From: the human T2T-CHM13v2.0 reference genome, Homo sapiens
Reading direction: 5' to 3' (one strand)
Assembly (NCBI RefSeq): GCF_009914755.1
Contig: NC_060948.1
DNA: 64,000 nt
A model generated the notes under the pieces. That model saw nothing but the letters and a program-made list of their open reading frames with translations, did not search any database and was not told where the DNA came from. Positions 35,161 through 56,847 of this stretch are shown piece by piece (within the stretch, counting starts at the first letter, position 1; every line of letters starts with the position of its first letter). The translations under genes were made by a program, and so were the position numbers.

Positions 35161-36091
35161 GAGAAAATTTTAACAGGTTCTAATTTAAGACCTCAGAAAA
35201 AAAAACCTAAGGCAAGAGAGCAGGGAAGCATAAAACCATTTAACAGGTTTGAAAATAATTCAAGTATTCTGTTATAACTTTAGACCAGTGGATTTGGTTC
35301 AGGATGAAGGGAGGGAGGGTATGCCTCAAAATATACACTGCTTATGTGAACTAGTTAGGAAATATTGTACTACACCCTAAAGGCAAAAAAAAAAAAAAAG
35401 TCTGAACTCCACTCATTTTACAATGGTAACATGTAGAAAGTGTTAGAGAAAGACAAAGAAATGATATACAATGTTTTCCACAAATACAATAGAGACAGAC
35501 CTAAATGGGTTCAAAGTTACTTCATGGAATCTACATAGCTAAAGGTAGTAGAAATACCTGCAGATGATGAACTGTTTGAACCCCATGCACTTACAAAGCC
35601 TATACTGTGTCACTGATCAAGCATATATCTTCAGAGTTATATAAGCATCCTAAAAAATTGTCTACAATTTGTTGACTTGAAATCTTTTTTGATTTCTCCC
35701 AACATAAAGTGGTCAGCAGTACTGCTTAAAGATCTGACATTATAGTGAAATCTACATTCTAGTGAGTTATTTAAAGCTTGTTATTGGAATTATTTTAAGT
35801 TCTATTCACACTACTGGCCTGTGCTTTGGCATAAAGGACAATGTGCAATTATTCATCTGCTATTCTCTTTATGGAACTTAGTAGAGCAAGACCCTCAAAT
35901 CAAAATGATGTATTCATTAACAATGAGATCTCTACTCCTACACAAACCAGTATGTGTTGGACATATAATTGTAGGAAAACATAACCCACCTACAACAGGT
36001 AGTAGATGAATAGCATCTACCTTTGTTTACTCTGATGCTTTAAAATATAACTGATTATCAGCTTTAAAGAGGCATCATGCATTATGATATA

Positions 36092-36325
36092 CAAGTTGAA
36101 AATTCTTAATCTGAAATTTGAAATCTGGAATGCTTGGAAATCCAAAATATTTTGAGCACCAATATGCCATTCAAAGGAAATGCCCATTGGAGCATTTCAG
36201 ATTTTGGAGTTTCAGATTACAGATACTCAAAAGTAAGTATATTGTAAATATTACAAAGTTCTCTGAAATCCAAAATCCAAATCACTTCTGCGCCCAAGCA
36301 TTTTTGATAATGGGGACTCAATGTG
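36092..36325. mobile_element. Tigger4a/MER46-type MITE (Tc1/mariner)
   Basis: TA on both flanks, degenerate terminal inverted repeats, CAAAGGAAATGC.CATTGGAGCATTTC core. Confidence 0.8.
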
Positions 36326-36358
36326 TATTTATTTTCGGCTTTTAAAATGAACATTTAT

Positions 36359-36662
36359 GGCCGGGTGCAGTGGTTCACGCCTGTAAATCTAGCACTTTTG
36401 GAGTTTGAGGCAGGCAGATCACCTGAGATCAGGAGTTCAAGATTAGCATGGCCAACATGGTGAAACCCCGCCTCTACTAAAAATACAAAAATTAGCCAGG
36501 CATGATGGCGGGTGCCTGTAATACCAACTACTCAAGAGGCTGAGATGGGAGAATCACCTGAACCCAGAAGATGATGGTTGCAGTGAGCCAAGATTGTGCC
36601 TCTGTACTCCAGCCTGGGCAGCTGAGTGAGATTCTGTCTCAAAAAAATAAAATAAAATAATT
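36359..36662 (+). mobile_element. AluS
   Basis: Full dimer; TSD AAAT(G/A)AACATTTAT. Confidence 0.95.
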
Positions 36663-37326
36663 AAATAAACATTTATGTAGATCATGATGCTATATTGGTG
36701 TTTTTAAAAATATTTTAAAAATCTTTAGATTTGGATATCCACAGGAACAAGTCTAGGAAGATACATAAATGATTCAATAGCAGTTATTGCTACCTAACAG
36801 ATTTATACAAACATTTGAATTTTATTCTGTATCTTTTTCTACCTTCATGAAAATTTTCACAATGAGCTCCCCTTTGACATTCAGGAAATACACTTTTAAA
36901 TAGTCTGCATATTGTATTTCCGTGAAATCTTGTGTTTGGAGATGACTAACAATGTACAACTATTTAAGTAAAAAATGTGTGTATTCTAGTTTTAATGAAT
37001 GATCCCTTTCAATTTGCTAAACTCATTACTCCTGTTTGATTAGGTTTTTAATTTCCCTCCAATATGTTTTCGACCATTTGAGAATCAAAAATGTTGTAGA
37101 ATTAACAATGTTGCAATATAAAACTGAGTTAAAATGCTGCAATGATTGGCACAGTTTTCCCAGTGGAACAAAATGGCCTTCCTCCATACTAGCTTTTTTC
37201 CGGCATTAATTAAGAGGAGTTAAGCTATTATACATAGTGGAGTGTAGAAGCCTTATTTTTTGGCAGTAGGGATTATATGGGGGCTCAGCACGACAAAATT
37301 CTGTAATTGGAGAAAAGCAACTGCTC

Positions 37327-37331
<5 letters not shown>

Positions 37332-37372
<41 letters not shown>

Positions 37373-37653
37373 GAGATGGATCTCGCTCTGTCGCTCAGGC
37401 TGGAGTGCAGTGGCGCGGTCTCTGCTCACTGCAAGCTCCGACTCCCAGGGTTCACGCCATTCTCCTGCTTCAGCCTCCTGAGTAGCTGGGACTACAGGAG
37501 CCCGCCACCATGCCCGGCTAATTTTTTTGTATTTTTAGTGGACACGGGATTTCACCATGTTACCCAGGATGGTCTCGATCTCCTGACCTGTGATTCGCCC
37601 GCCTTGACCACCCAAAGTGCTGGGATTACAGGGTTGAGCCACCGCGCCGGGCC
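37332..37653 (-). mobile_element. AluY, relatively CpG-rich, long T tract
   Basis: AluY diagnostics; TSD TCAAAGG..TTTT. Confidence 0.96.
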
Positions 37654-38324
37654 TCAAAGGGATTTTTTCTAGTTAATGGCTTTCAATCTGTGGTTGGATA
37701 TGTCTCTTAACAATTTCTTCACCTTTTCAATTTCCTCTTCGCTCTCACTGCCTGAGGAGTGTCCACTTAAAGTACACATTCTCTGCATCTCCACCGAGCG
37801 GAATCTGTGAATTACATCTTTGACTGAAAAGTCTCTATCTTTATCAAATCAATATCTTCTTACCCTGTGCCAGCAATGTTTAGCCCAGGGTCTGACAGAT
37901 GGACACACAGCTAACATACAAATACGTTTTTGAACTAACTAACAAACAAAACAAAACATAACAAAAACACACAAAAAAACCTCTTGATCCTATATCTAAA
38001 TTGATTTTGACAAAGAGCTGAAGGTCAATGCAGATCTTACGGTAAATGTCCAAGGATAGAGAATTGCTATTCTCATTCTCTAATTTTGTGTGTAAAAAGG
38101 TAAAACGATTTGACTATGAAGCACCAAGTCTGACTCCCATTACCATGTGTGTTATTATCATGGTAGGGTGGTGAGAATAAAGATGTGAGGCACAATGACC
38201 CTATTGTAAGGCACCCTTCCAATTCAAGCTGGTCTTTCAGTCAGCTGTTAAAAGCCCCTGAAAATTTAAAGGATGAAAACTCCCTTGTGGTTTAAAACAA
38301 AGTCCCATGGTGAAGGGACAAAGT

Positions 38325-38740
38325 AATACAAATATATTATTATGTATGTTTATATAAATATATATAATATAAACATGGTATAATTGTTTATATTATATAT
38401 ATCATATATCTATTTTATATTTATTTTATGTAGTTTTATATTTGATTTATGTTTATATATTTATATATTATATATTATAATTTATATATATTCTCTATAT
38501 ATAAATCTATGTAGTTTCTATATAAAAATATATATAGAATCTATATATTTACATATAAAATATATAATATTTATAATATAAATATTTCTATAATAAATAA
38601 CAAATATATGTTATATAACTGTATATTTTATATAAATATATATTTTATATTTAATCTACATACTTATATATAAACTAATATATAGAATATAGAGATTCAT
38701 ATTTATAGAGAGAGTCTGTATATGCACACACACACATAAA
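38325..38740. repeat. AT-rich degenerate (TA)n low-complexity region
   Basis: Seen directly. Confidence 0.9.
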
Positions 38741-38907
38741 TTCATTCGGGTCACTTATTGAGTCTTTCTATAATGTGTAAGATATGTTTTCATTTCATGA
38801 AGTCACAATTTTATCCAGGTTGGTTTCTTTCAAAGACACAAAGATTTTCTTTTCAATAGTAAATCTCTAATCCATTTAGACTTAATTTTTTCTCTTTTTT
38901 TGCTTCT

Positions 38908-39498
38908 TGTGGTGAAGAAAATGAACGTACTTCACCGCAATATGTGGCTCCCTTAGTATAATAAGTATTTCACATTAAATACCCTTGGAGACCAACAAGC
39001 ACTGGAAGAAACTTTTCTCCTATCAATATAGAGAGAGGACTGACCTACCAAGGAGAACAATTGTTCTTATTCCTCTTGTTTTATCTCATTATCTATTACC
39101 AAAAGTATAATTACACCACAACAGACCCTTTTACAAGATAATCACTGTCTCCAAGGATCATTAAATCTTTTTAAATAACCCTATATACAAGTTAATCTCT
39201 GTCCCCCGATCCAATCATTTTCCCTACTAATCATTTATTGACCCTCAATAGAATTCCTCCTCTCCTCCTCCCATCGCCTGTATTCCCAGGACCCAGAGCC
39301 CATCCCTCCTGCAATCTCACAATGGTATTTAAGCTTCTGGTCCTGATTGGGAAGTTGTGTCTTCATTCTGATAGCTCCTGTGTATATGCATTACATACAT
39401 TTGTAAGCCTTATTTTCTGTTCATCAGTCTGCCACATGCCAGTGATTTTTTTGTCAATCTTTAGCTGGTTCTATGAACCAGAGCTTTTGGCTCCTACA
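38908..39498 (+). mobile_element. ERV1 solo LTR of the MER34/LTR48-49 group
   Basis: TG...ACA termini; shares blocks (AAGGAGAACAA, GATCCAATCATT, AATCATTTATTG, GTCTTCATTCTGA) with 11152-11660. Confidence 0.65.
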
Positions 39499-40225
39499 GT
39501 GAATAGCTCCATGTCCAGCTCTGCAGAAACATTCCACTCTCTTACACTGAATTTTGATACCTCCTCTGTTAATGCCATACTTAATGCCATTCAATGAACT
39601 CTTTGCTGGGCTCTCTCAGTTCAAAATTGAGTTAGTGGTCTATCCCTACATAAGCACCACATCATTTCAACTAATATTACTCTTGAATAAAATTTTATTT
39701 GTTCAAAATTTCTGCTTCTTCACATTTTTCATGGTTCAAGTTGCTCCTTACAATTTCAAATGCTTTTAAGTATCTTGTATTTATTTTTATTTTTCAAAAC
39801 CCTTCTTAGAACATGATTGATTTGAATTAACTTTATAGGCTATTTTGGAAAGAATTTCCATCTTTATTGTGTCTTTTCATCTATGAATATTTAGTACATT
39901 TCCATTTACTCAAATCCAGGTTTATATCATTTAAAGTATATAATTTTAATATTTTTTGATAAGAGATTTGGATACATTAGATCTATATCTAAATACCCCA
40001 CAAATTGTGGGGTCTATTGTAAATGTATTGCTTTCTTCTTTCATACTATATTGTCAAAAAGTAATGAGAACAGTTGCGTGTTTATTCTTATTTAATACAT
40101 TTATTCCAAGACACAGGCAGGAAAGGGAACAGTGTCAACTCTGGAGAAATAATAAAGGCTTATGTGAGAAATCACATCCAAATGGATTTGTTACAGATAT
40201 CTGAGTTAGTCAGAATAACATGTGT

Positions 40226-45447
<5,222 letters not shown>

Positions 45448-45517
45448 GATCCCGTGTGTGTATATAGGAACAGGTACCTCAAGAAAAGGGAAAAGTCTGT
45501 CAGAAATATGTATTTCT

Positions 45518-45816
45518 GGGGTGGGCATAGTGGCTCTTGCCTATAATCCCAGCACTTTGGGAGGCAAGGCAGGATGACTGCTTGAAGACAAGAGTTTGAG
45601 ACCAGCCTGGGCAACGTAATGAGATCCTGTGTCTAAAAAAAAAAAAAAAATTACCTGGGCATGTGGGTGTATATCTGTAGTCCCAGCTTTTTAGGAGACT
45701 GAGGCAGGAGGATTGCCTTATTTTTTGAGCCTGGGAGTTCAAGGATGTCATGAGCTTTAATCGTACCACTGCAGTCAGCCTGAGTGACAGAGTGAAATGC
45801 TATTAAAAAAAAAAAA
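45518..45816 (+). mobile_element. AluJ
   Basis: GGAGGATTGC and GAGCCTGGGAGTTCAAGG J-type diagnostics. Confidence 0.9.
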
Positions 45817-45821
45817 TGAGA

Positions 45822-46780
45822 GAACAGCCACCCTATGGATTCTTCTCACCCACTGCACAGATAAAACCAATTCACTGAGACAGCAGTATTGCAGTAGGGA
45901 AATAGTTTAATTAATGCAGGACTAGCCAAGCAGAAGATGGAAGTTTATTATTCTAATCAGTTTCTCTGAAAGTTCAGAGACTAGGGTTTTTTAAGGATAG
46001 TTTGGTGGGCATGGGGCTAGGGAATACAGATGCTGATTGGTTGGGTCAGGGATGAAATCATATATTGTAGAAAATGTCTTCTAGCTGTGAGTCAGTTCCT
46101 GGGTTGAGCTCACAAGATTAGTTGTGCCGGTTTCTTGGCATGGGTTACCAGTCTAGGTGGTACTAGCTGCTCCATCAGAATGCAGGGTCTGAAAAATTAT
46201 CTCAAACACTAATCTTACATTTTTAAATAGTGCTGTTATCTATGGTAGCAGTTTGAAAGATTACCTTTTGATCTCTGGTTACATGACTCGTAAGCCATGA
46301 TGCCATAATTCTTTTTTTTTTTTTTTTTGAGTCAGGGTCTCTCTCTGTTGCCTAGGCTGCAATACAGTGCACAAACATTAGTCATTGCAGCCTAGAACTC
46401 TTGGCATCATTGGCATGAAGCAACCCTCCCACCTCAGCCTCCTGTGTTTCTGGGACCCCAGGCACAAGCCAACATGCCTGGCTAGTTTTTGTAAAATTTT
46501 TTGTAGAGATAAGATCTCACCATGTTGCTCAGGGTGGTCTCAACTCCTCAACTTTCAGTGGTTTCACAAAGTTAGTTTCAGTCCCCCAAAAAGGAATGGA
46601 TAGCTTTTGAGAGGCTTTTATCATCCTCACTTTAAGCTTAAACTATAAACTGAACTGAATTATTAAAGTTACCTTGGCCTATGCCCAAGAATGACTAAGG
46701 AGAGCTAAGAGGTTAGAAGCAAGATGGAGTCAGGTGTGTTAGATTTCTCTTACTGTCGTAATTTTGCAAAGGTGGTTTCA
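45822..46780 (-). mobile_element. LTR8A-like solo LTR with an internal AluJ piece (46311-46550, minus)
   Basis: Ends TTTTGCAAAGGTGGTTTCA (reverse complement of the LTR8 start); homologous to 311-2201. Confidence 0.8.
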
Positions 46781-46942
46781 ATAGCTGGTAAGTTCCAACA
46801 ATTCACTTTACCACTCAATACCAGTGGCTCATAGCATGTGGTGAGAATACATAACATATGAGGTTGAAGAGGTAGATAGGAGGAGGTCATGAGGGATCAT
46901 TTACACATTTTCAAGGACAGCAGGCTATATTCTCTGAGAGTA

Positions 46943-47230
46943 CTGTATCTAGTATGGTAGCCACCAACTGTATTGGGCTATTCAGCACAGGCAATGCCAC
47001 AGGTCTATCTGTGATATGCTCTAAATGGAAAATACAACCTGTGTTTCAAAGAATTAATATGAAAAAATAAACTATTTCATTAATAATGATTATATTTTTT
47101 CATGTTAAATTTTGCCTATGTTAGGTTAAATAGTTGTATTTTAAAGTTATTTTTTCTTGTCTCTCTTTACAAACTTTAATGTCACTGCCAGACAATTTAA
47201 ATGACTGTTGATTCCTCAAATTCTATTTCC
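46943..47230. mobile_element. MER33-like hAT-Charlie fossil
   Basis: TATGGTAGCCAC...AAAATACA...TTTCAAAGA.TTA motifs. Confidence 0.6.
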
Positions 47231-47790
47231 AACTCATTGCATTAATTTAGAAAAATGCTTTTCCTGTAATGGCCTGACAGCACTACAGATGGGATAAGAA
47301 GGCTCTGAGAGGATGACAGTTTGGAATTTGGAATGGAAGTGATGAGAACACAGATCTTACCCTCACCTTACCTCCCCCAGAGTAGCCTCACACCATCTGT
47401 TTCAGACAGGATCAGGCTATGCTAGCAGCAGGTCACAACCTTGACTTAAAGAGTTGTGTCATGATGTGGCTTTGCAGATGACAAACACTCCCCAAATTGC
47501 CTGTGAACCAGCTGCAGAATTGGCAACATCTCCATCAGACCAGTTCATAAGCTTTATTTTAGGCATTGTTCCTTGAAGATTTTCCCATAGCCTGTTCCTC
47601 TAGCCCTTCCTAACAATTTTGGCATCTATACAATATATTTTCACAGACCTCTTTCTGCTTAATCAACTGCTTTAGATGGTTACAATTAAGAACGCTGGCT
47701 AGCATAAATCTAGGTAAACACTTGGCCAGAATCTCTCTTGGAGATATGAAGTTTTCGGCAAGGTCTACTCCAAAACAAATTGACAGTTAA

Positions 47791-48214
<424 letters not shown>

Positions 48215-48439
48215 AAAAAGCCAATATTTTGTGACACACAGAATATGATTCTTATACTTAACACTCCCGCATATCGGCATACTACTATATCAGAACTCAT
48301 AATCCATAAGCATGAGTAAATACTATTTTTAGCCACCTCACCAGTATTGAACCTTCTGCAAGCTCTTTACACTGCAGTCATGTTTGTCTTCTGATTAGAC
48401 TGTGGGTTATTGCAAGTGAGGACAGCTTCCTTTATGTAT

Positions 48440-49158
<719 letters not shown>

Positions 49159-49268
49159 CTACATTTTTAATTTAGCAACATTGAGTCTATGCCTCTGGCA
49201 CAGTTATATATTCAATGCATTTTTGAGGGATGAATGTAAGTAGCAGAGTTGAAGTTCAGAAAAGAAAG

Positions 49269-49572
49269 AGTCCAGCCACTGTGGCTCATGGCTGTAATCC
49301 CAGCTCTTTGGGAAGCAGAAGCAGGCGGATCACCTGAGGTCAGGAGTTCCGTACTAGCCTGGCCAATATGAGTAAACCTTGCATTTATTAAAAGTACAAA
49401 AAACAAAATAGCTGGGGAAGCGGTATGTGCCTGTAGTCCCAGCTGCTCAGGAGGCTGAGGCAGGAGAATCACTTAAACCCAGGAGGCTGAGGCTGCAGTG
49501 AGCTGACATCATGCCACAGCACTCCAGCCTGGGTGACAGAGCAAAACTCCATCTAAAAAAAAAAAAAAAAAA
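49269..49572 (+). mobile_element. AluS (diverged)
   Basis: Full dimer with poly-A. Confidence 0.93.
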
Positions 49573-50096
49573 GGTAGGGCAAAAGGGAATAGCAAGAGTA
49601 ACAACAAAATGTTAACCCATTGACACTTTAAGCTATAGTTTACCCACATTTAGGGAAAATCAACTCACTGATGCTTGTCAACCTGCAGAGGCAATGTTTC
49701 AGCTGTGAGCAAATGCTGAGGAGACAAAATGGTAGAATTCTCTTTATGACTTTGTGTCCTGAAAGAACATTATTTTTTTCTGTCAAGTGCAAAGAGAATT
49801 TGTCTCCAAACATAAGTACACCCTGATGGACACACATGCACAAAAACTAGCAGAATGGAAAACAGCCCGTATGATGTAGAGACCATATGTAGGTCTCTAC
49901 TCTAAAATATATGTGAGCAAATCTCTAGTAAATGCTCCTCCTTTATTCTGTGGCACAGTGCATGTTTACAATTGCTATTTATAATGGATCAACTGTTATA
50001 CTCTTTCTCCCCTATTTATAAACCTCTTGAAGACATCAACAACCTATCATCCGCATGGACTTCCACCCACTTAATGCTGTAAGTTCCACATTCTGA

Positions 50097-50097
<1 letters not shown>

Positions 50098-50138
<41 letters not shown>

Positions 50139-50448
50139 TGCAATAACAATAATAATTATTATTATTTGAGATGGAATCTGGCTTTGTCAACCAGGCTGGA
50201 GTGTGGTGGTACAATTTCAACTCACTGCAACCTCTGCCTCTTGGGTCCAAGGGATTTTCCTGCCTCAGCCTCTCAAGGAGATGGAACTACAGGTGCATGG
50301 CACCACATCAAGCCAATTTTTTGCATGTTAGTAGAGACAGTTTCATCATGTTGGCCAGGCTGGTCCCAATCTCCTGACCTCAGGCAGTCCACCCCCCTCA
50401 GCCTCCCAATGTGCTGGGATTACAGGTGTGAGCCACCATGCCTGGTCC
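50098..50448 (-). mobile_element. AluS with an (AAT)n microsatellite at the tail
   Basis: TSD ACAT(T/C)CTGAAAT on both sides. Confidence 0.93.
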
Positions 50449-50682
50449 ACATCCTGAAATTATTTAAAGACTTGTGGATGATGAGGAAATTAACGGCTTG
50501 GAATATTTGTGCTGTTTTAATTTTAAAAGAGGGTAGTCCTGAATATGAGTGAATTTAAGAAGGCTGGTAGTCTCTACGTAACATTTTAATGTAAATGCTA
50601 ATGGTGATTTAGCTCTTTGAAATTTACTATAGAGTGTTATTACTCGGACTCTGTTGTATTTTTCATAGCATTCATTTTAAAA

Positions 50683-51003
50683 TTTATTTTATTCTTTATT
50701 ATTTATTTTTATTAGTTTTTTTGAGACTCCACTCTGTCACCCAGTCTGGAATGCAGTGGCATGATATTGACTCACTGCGGCCTCAGCTTCCTGGGCTCAA
50801 GCAATTCTCCTACCTCAGCCCCTAAGAAGCTGGGTCTCCTGGTGTACACCATCATGTCTAGCTACTTTTATCATTTTTAGTAGAGACAGGGGTTTCACCA
50901 CATTGCCTACGTTGATACCAAACTCCTGTGCTGAAGTGATCCCCCTGCCTTGGCCTTCCAAAGTGCTGGGATTACAGGCAAGAGACATTTGACTATACTT
51001 GGA
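50683..51003 (-). mobile_element. AluJ
   Basis: CTGGGCTCAAGCAAT J-type diagnostic. Confidence 0.9.
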
Positions 51004-51581
51004 CTTTTTTTTTTTTTTTTTTAAAGAAAGGCCAAAAGAGAAGTTGGCTGAACAGTGGAAGCATTATATGCAAAATATTATGAAACTGAAATGGGGCTTG
51101 GTGGTAAATCTAACTACTCACCACAGTTTGGAGCTGGCTGTAGATAAATTTATGTCCAATAACATGGTTCCTTTTTAGATCACTGACCAGGTACAAGACA
51201 GTGGTAAGATGGATTCCTATTTACTTTATTATCAGAACGCTTACTGTATAGCTTAAGAGGAAACTACACATAGAGAAAAATAAGTCTATCAAGATATATT
51301 TGAAATGCAGGGAGACTACGGTGCCATTATGAGTTCTGAAATACAAGGGGTTTTGCCTGTTTCCTAAAGACTTGCTCCACTGACCTTTTAATGCAGAACC
51401 TGCTTACACTCATACATGTCCAGAAATCCCAATTCAGTTCATTCAAACATTTTGCAGTGTTGGTGCAACAAATGTGGTTACTTCTCATTCATTCAGTCTT
51501 CCTCTTGTGTTTCAAGATCTTTTCTTACTGTGTCATGTGTCTTCGTTGTATCCATCCTGTGGTAACTCTACTAATACTTTC

Positions 51582-52182
51582 TGTAAATCAAAAATAAAAT
51601 CATATATGCACAACTGACTGAACAGATGCCTCTTGACCAAGGGGGCCTAGAAAGGGAGGTCAGACACACCACACTTTGTATCCCATCCCCTTTGTGGTTT
51701 AGACACAAAAACTGGCCGGCATTAACGTTGAAATAAGACTGACATAATAGATGCTTTGAGGCAATAAGACACCAAATTATGAAAATGACCTAACTCCATG
51801 CTAGGGGAAGGTTAAGTCACACACCCCTACAGGTTTCTCTGACCCAGTGTATTGGTTAACAAACTTCCTTGTCTTAAACATTTTTTTCTACAGACTCCAA
51901 GTTTTTAGACAAAGCTTTACTCTTTTGCCTAAGTGCAAGTGAAAGCATCTCTGAATCCATCTCTGACTGCTAAGCCTCTGCTGCAAGATGTCCTGCCTTT
52001 TGGGGGCTAAACAACTGTATACCTTCCATGTATTAATTAATGATTTTGCCTATAACTTCTGCTTCTCTAAAATGCATAAAACAGTGTTGTGACCTACCAA
52101 TCTCAGGACCACTTGTGCAAGGTTTCTTGCATTTGGGTTTTCTCCAGGCAGTTATCACTCTTACTGGCTAAAATAAATCTCA
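51582..52182 (+). mobile_element. MER4D/E-type solo LTR
   Basis: TGTAAA.CAAAAATAAAAT start; GGGAGGTCAGACAC; GGTTAAGTCACACACCC; AATAAA near the end. Confidence 0.75.
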
Positions 52183-52490
52183 TTTTTCCCTCCCTCCATC
52201 CTTCCTTTCTTTTTTCCTGCCTTTCTTCCTTTCTTGAATGTGATTCATTGATCAAGTTGTTTCAGCTAACAAAGAACTTCATTCTTTCCCTCCAGTCACA
52301 TTCTGTCCCTAAAACTCTATGTTTAGATTATATTCAATGCACTTCTAAGCCATTTATCTCTCTTCCTTTAGCTGTAGACTCTTCAGTATTCTACCAGTAA
52401 CTAGCTCAACTTTGTAGCTATGCTCATGGCCAGGCAACAGATTAGCTGTCAGGTCCTGGAGTGGCTGCCTTAAAAGACAGGATGAGGTGA

Positions 52491-52775
52491 GGTCAGATGT
52501 GGTGGCTCCTGCCTGTAATTGCAGCAGTTTGGGTAGCCAAAACAGGTGAATCACTTGAGCTCAGGAGTTCAAGACCAGCCTGAACACATGGCAAAACCCC
52601 ATTTCTATAAAAAATATGAAAATGAGCTGGGCATGGTGACATGAGCCTGTGATCCCAGCTACTTGGGAAGCAGAGGTGGGAGGATCGCTTAAGCCCAGGA
52701 GGTTAGGCTACAATCAGCCAAAATCATGCCACTGCACTGCAGCCTGGACAACAAAGCCAGTTCCTGTCTCAAAAG
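52491..52775 (+). mobile_element. AluJ/S
   Basis: Full dimer. Confidence 0.92.
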
Positions 52776-52785
52776 AAGAGATGAG

Positions 52786-53139
<354 letters not shown>

Positions 53140-53544
53140 TCAAGGAATAGGTAAAATCTCAAAAGCTCAATTTTGAATTTAAATGTGATATGCAATGGAA
53201 AGCATAAAATAAACTATTGGAAACAGCAGAATATCACTAAATTTTATTTTATAATAATTAGTTTATTTTAAGTATGCTGTTAGGTAAAAAGTAAGAATAA
53301 TAAAAAGTTGAGCTATGGCAGAATAACTTAACACTTCTATCTAGGCTTATGTTCTTATAAACCAGAGTACAGGTTTTTATCAGGATGAGACATGCTGTAT
53401 TGGATTTGTACATTTGTCCCTGGTAATAAAATATGACTATATTTCCAAAAGTGTTCCAGATTGTGTTTTGATGTTTGTGTTATTTTAAGATGCAATGTTT
53501 GGTATAAACAAGCTAACAAAAACTGTATGGATTTGTTAAAGTAA

Positions 53545-53935
<391 letters not shown>

Positions 53936-54020
53936 TATCATTTTCTAAGAGCTAAATTATTATTATCTATATATAATTCCTAAAGTGACTAATTATTTCC
54001 TGATATTTAAAATGGTGTAT

Positions 54021-54371
<351 letters not shown>

Positions 54372-54971
54372 CTATCAGGAGATAGAACTTATTTTGGGAA
54401 TCAAAATAATAAAATCAAACACACCCTGATGACATTATTTATTGAGTTCTTACAATGTTTATCTCAATAGTATTACATATAGTTTTCCAATTTTATAGCT
54501 AACACAATGGTGTGAACCTAAACCACAGTTGTAATTATTATCACAGACAATTTATTTATTTCATATTGTGGTATGTTGAGGATTTCTAATGCTTTAAATG
54601 TAGCAGTGATATGTTGTATATATTAATGATTGAATTTAATTTAAAAAGAAAATGTAGTTTTTGAAAAGGAAAGGTATAACAAAACACTCCCCTTTCTTGA
54701 TAAAATGGCACAGGTGCTGTGATTTTATCAGTTGTCTATTTTTCAAAAGTAAAATAAATTTGACTTTTCCTATTTTAGTCTAATAAAGTCTTAGAGAATC
54801 TACCCAATTATTTTAAAAAGCAAGTAAAACAGACATCAATGGCTTATTTAAAAAACATATAGCATTTTCTTGTAGGTAGAGCCGTTATTCACCTCCTTGA
54901 GCTGTTTAACTTTTGTCCAATTCTGTACCCTCATTCAGAAATATATCTTTTGTACTACCTCCACAGAGTTC

Positions 54972-55252
54972 TTTTTTTTTTTTTTTTGAGACAAAGTCTC
55001 ACTCTTTCATCCATGCTAGAGAGCAGTGTCACAATCTCAGCTCACTGCAGCCTCCACTTCCTGAATTCAAGTGATTCTCCTGCCTCAGCCTCCCAAGTAG
55101 TTGGGATTACAGGCATGCACCAACATATCTGGCAAATTTTTGTATTTTTAGTGGAGACAGGGTTTCACCGTATTGGCCAGGCTGGTCTCGAATTCAAGTG
55201 ATCTGGCCAACCAAAGTGACAGGCTTACAAGCATGAGCCACCATACTTGGCT
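54972..55252 (-). mobile_element. AluS with small left-arm deletions
   Basis: Dimer with poly-T. Confidence 0.92.
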
Positions 55253-55819
55253 GCTTTTCCTTAATTTCTTACTTTATATTACTATCCCTATAACTTAAAA
55301 TATAATTTTACATGTTCTTTTATTTTTATAACCCAATTGAACAAACTCACATCGACAGGATGCTCAGCATCAGCATTTTTTTATTGGCACTATTTCACTT
55401 TAGTTTTAACGATGCTTGGTAGAAAATATTGTCATAGTCTAGCCAGGAAAACAAGTTAGAGAATTTGCTTTAAATAGAATAGAAAAATGTAGGCAAACAG
55501 AAACAACTGAGTTGACTCGACAGCAGTGATGTTGAAAACCAGCCTCCAGTCCCTACACCTAGGACAGGAAAGAAAGAAGTTGATTTTATAAAATGTAGCA
55601 GCTTGTGTCATTTTCTATAGCATATTCCTAAGATAATATCATTGATCTGATTACAGTATCATTATAGCATGTCCTGTATGTGGTGGCAAATGATCTATAT
55701 CATGTATTATGTCTCTCATTGATTTTCTCACTGTATTTTTATAATATATGATCCTATATGAACTATAAGATCATTTTCTCAATGCAAAAGATAAAACACC
55801 TTGCTAAGATACATATTTT

Positions 55820-56841
55820 TATTGGGGGAACCGCCCCTAATACATCAGTGTAGGTTATTTCTATTTTCCATAAGTGTTGGCTGGCTGAAAAATAATGAGA
55901 GACAGTACAAAGAGGAATTTTACAGCTGGGCCACCAGGGGTGACATCACATATCATTAGGACCATGATGCCCACCTGGGTCTCAAACCAGCAGGTTTGTA
56001 TTAAGGGTTTAAAAAGTGAGGGGGTGTAAGAACAGGGAGTAGGTACAGACATCACATGCTTCAAAGGGCAAAAAGCAGAACTACTAATAAGGGTCTAACA
56101 AAGATCACATGCTTCTGAGGGAACAGGACAAAGGGAAAAAGCAGAGCCACTGATAAGGGTCTGTGTTCAGCAGTGCACTTATTGTCTTGATAAACATCTT
56201 AACAGAAAACAGGGTATGAGAGCAGAGAACCAGTCTGACCACAAATTTACCAAGGCAGAGATTTTTCTCCACCCTAGTAAGCCTGATGGTACTGCAGGAA
56301 ACCAGGGCATATCTCAGTCCTTATCTCAACTGCATAAGACAGACATTCCCAGAACAGCCATTTATAGACCTCCCCGCAGGAATGCATTCCTTCCCCAGGG
56401 TATTAATATTAATATTCCTTGCTAGGAAAAGAATTTACCAATAACTTCCCTTGCATGTCTGTTTACAGGCTCTCCACAAAAAGAAAAATATGGCTTTTTT
56501 TGCCAGACTCCACAGGCAGTCAGACCTTATGGTTGTCTTCCCATGTTCCCTAAAAATCGCTGTTATTCTGTTCTTTTTCAAGGTGCACTGATTTCATATT
56601 GTTCAAACACACATGTTTTACAATCAATTTGTACAGCTAACAATTATCACAGTGGTCTTGAGGTGAGGTAAATCCTCAGCTTAAATCCTCAGGATTAAGA
56701 GACTAAAGTAAAGACAGGCATAAGAAATTATGAAAGTATTATTTAGGAACTGATAAATGTCCACATAATCTTCACAATTTATTTTCCTCTGCTGCGGCTC
56801 CAGCTGGTCCCTCCATTCGGGGTCCCTGACTTCCTGCAACA
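55820..56841 (-). mobile_element. MER11 solo LTR (HERV-K11/HML-8)
   Basis: Reverse complement begins TGTTGCAGGAAGTCAGGGACCCCGAA; ~1 kb; 6-bp TSD TATTTT/TATATT. Confidence 0.92.
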
Positions 56842-56847
56842 TATATT

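Noticed and set aside
51165-51210. Possible 25-nt micro-exon (TTTTTAG|...GTG|GTAAGA)
   Set aside because: Short pyrimidine tract, no partner exons or recognisable peptide; expected by chance in 64 kb
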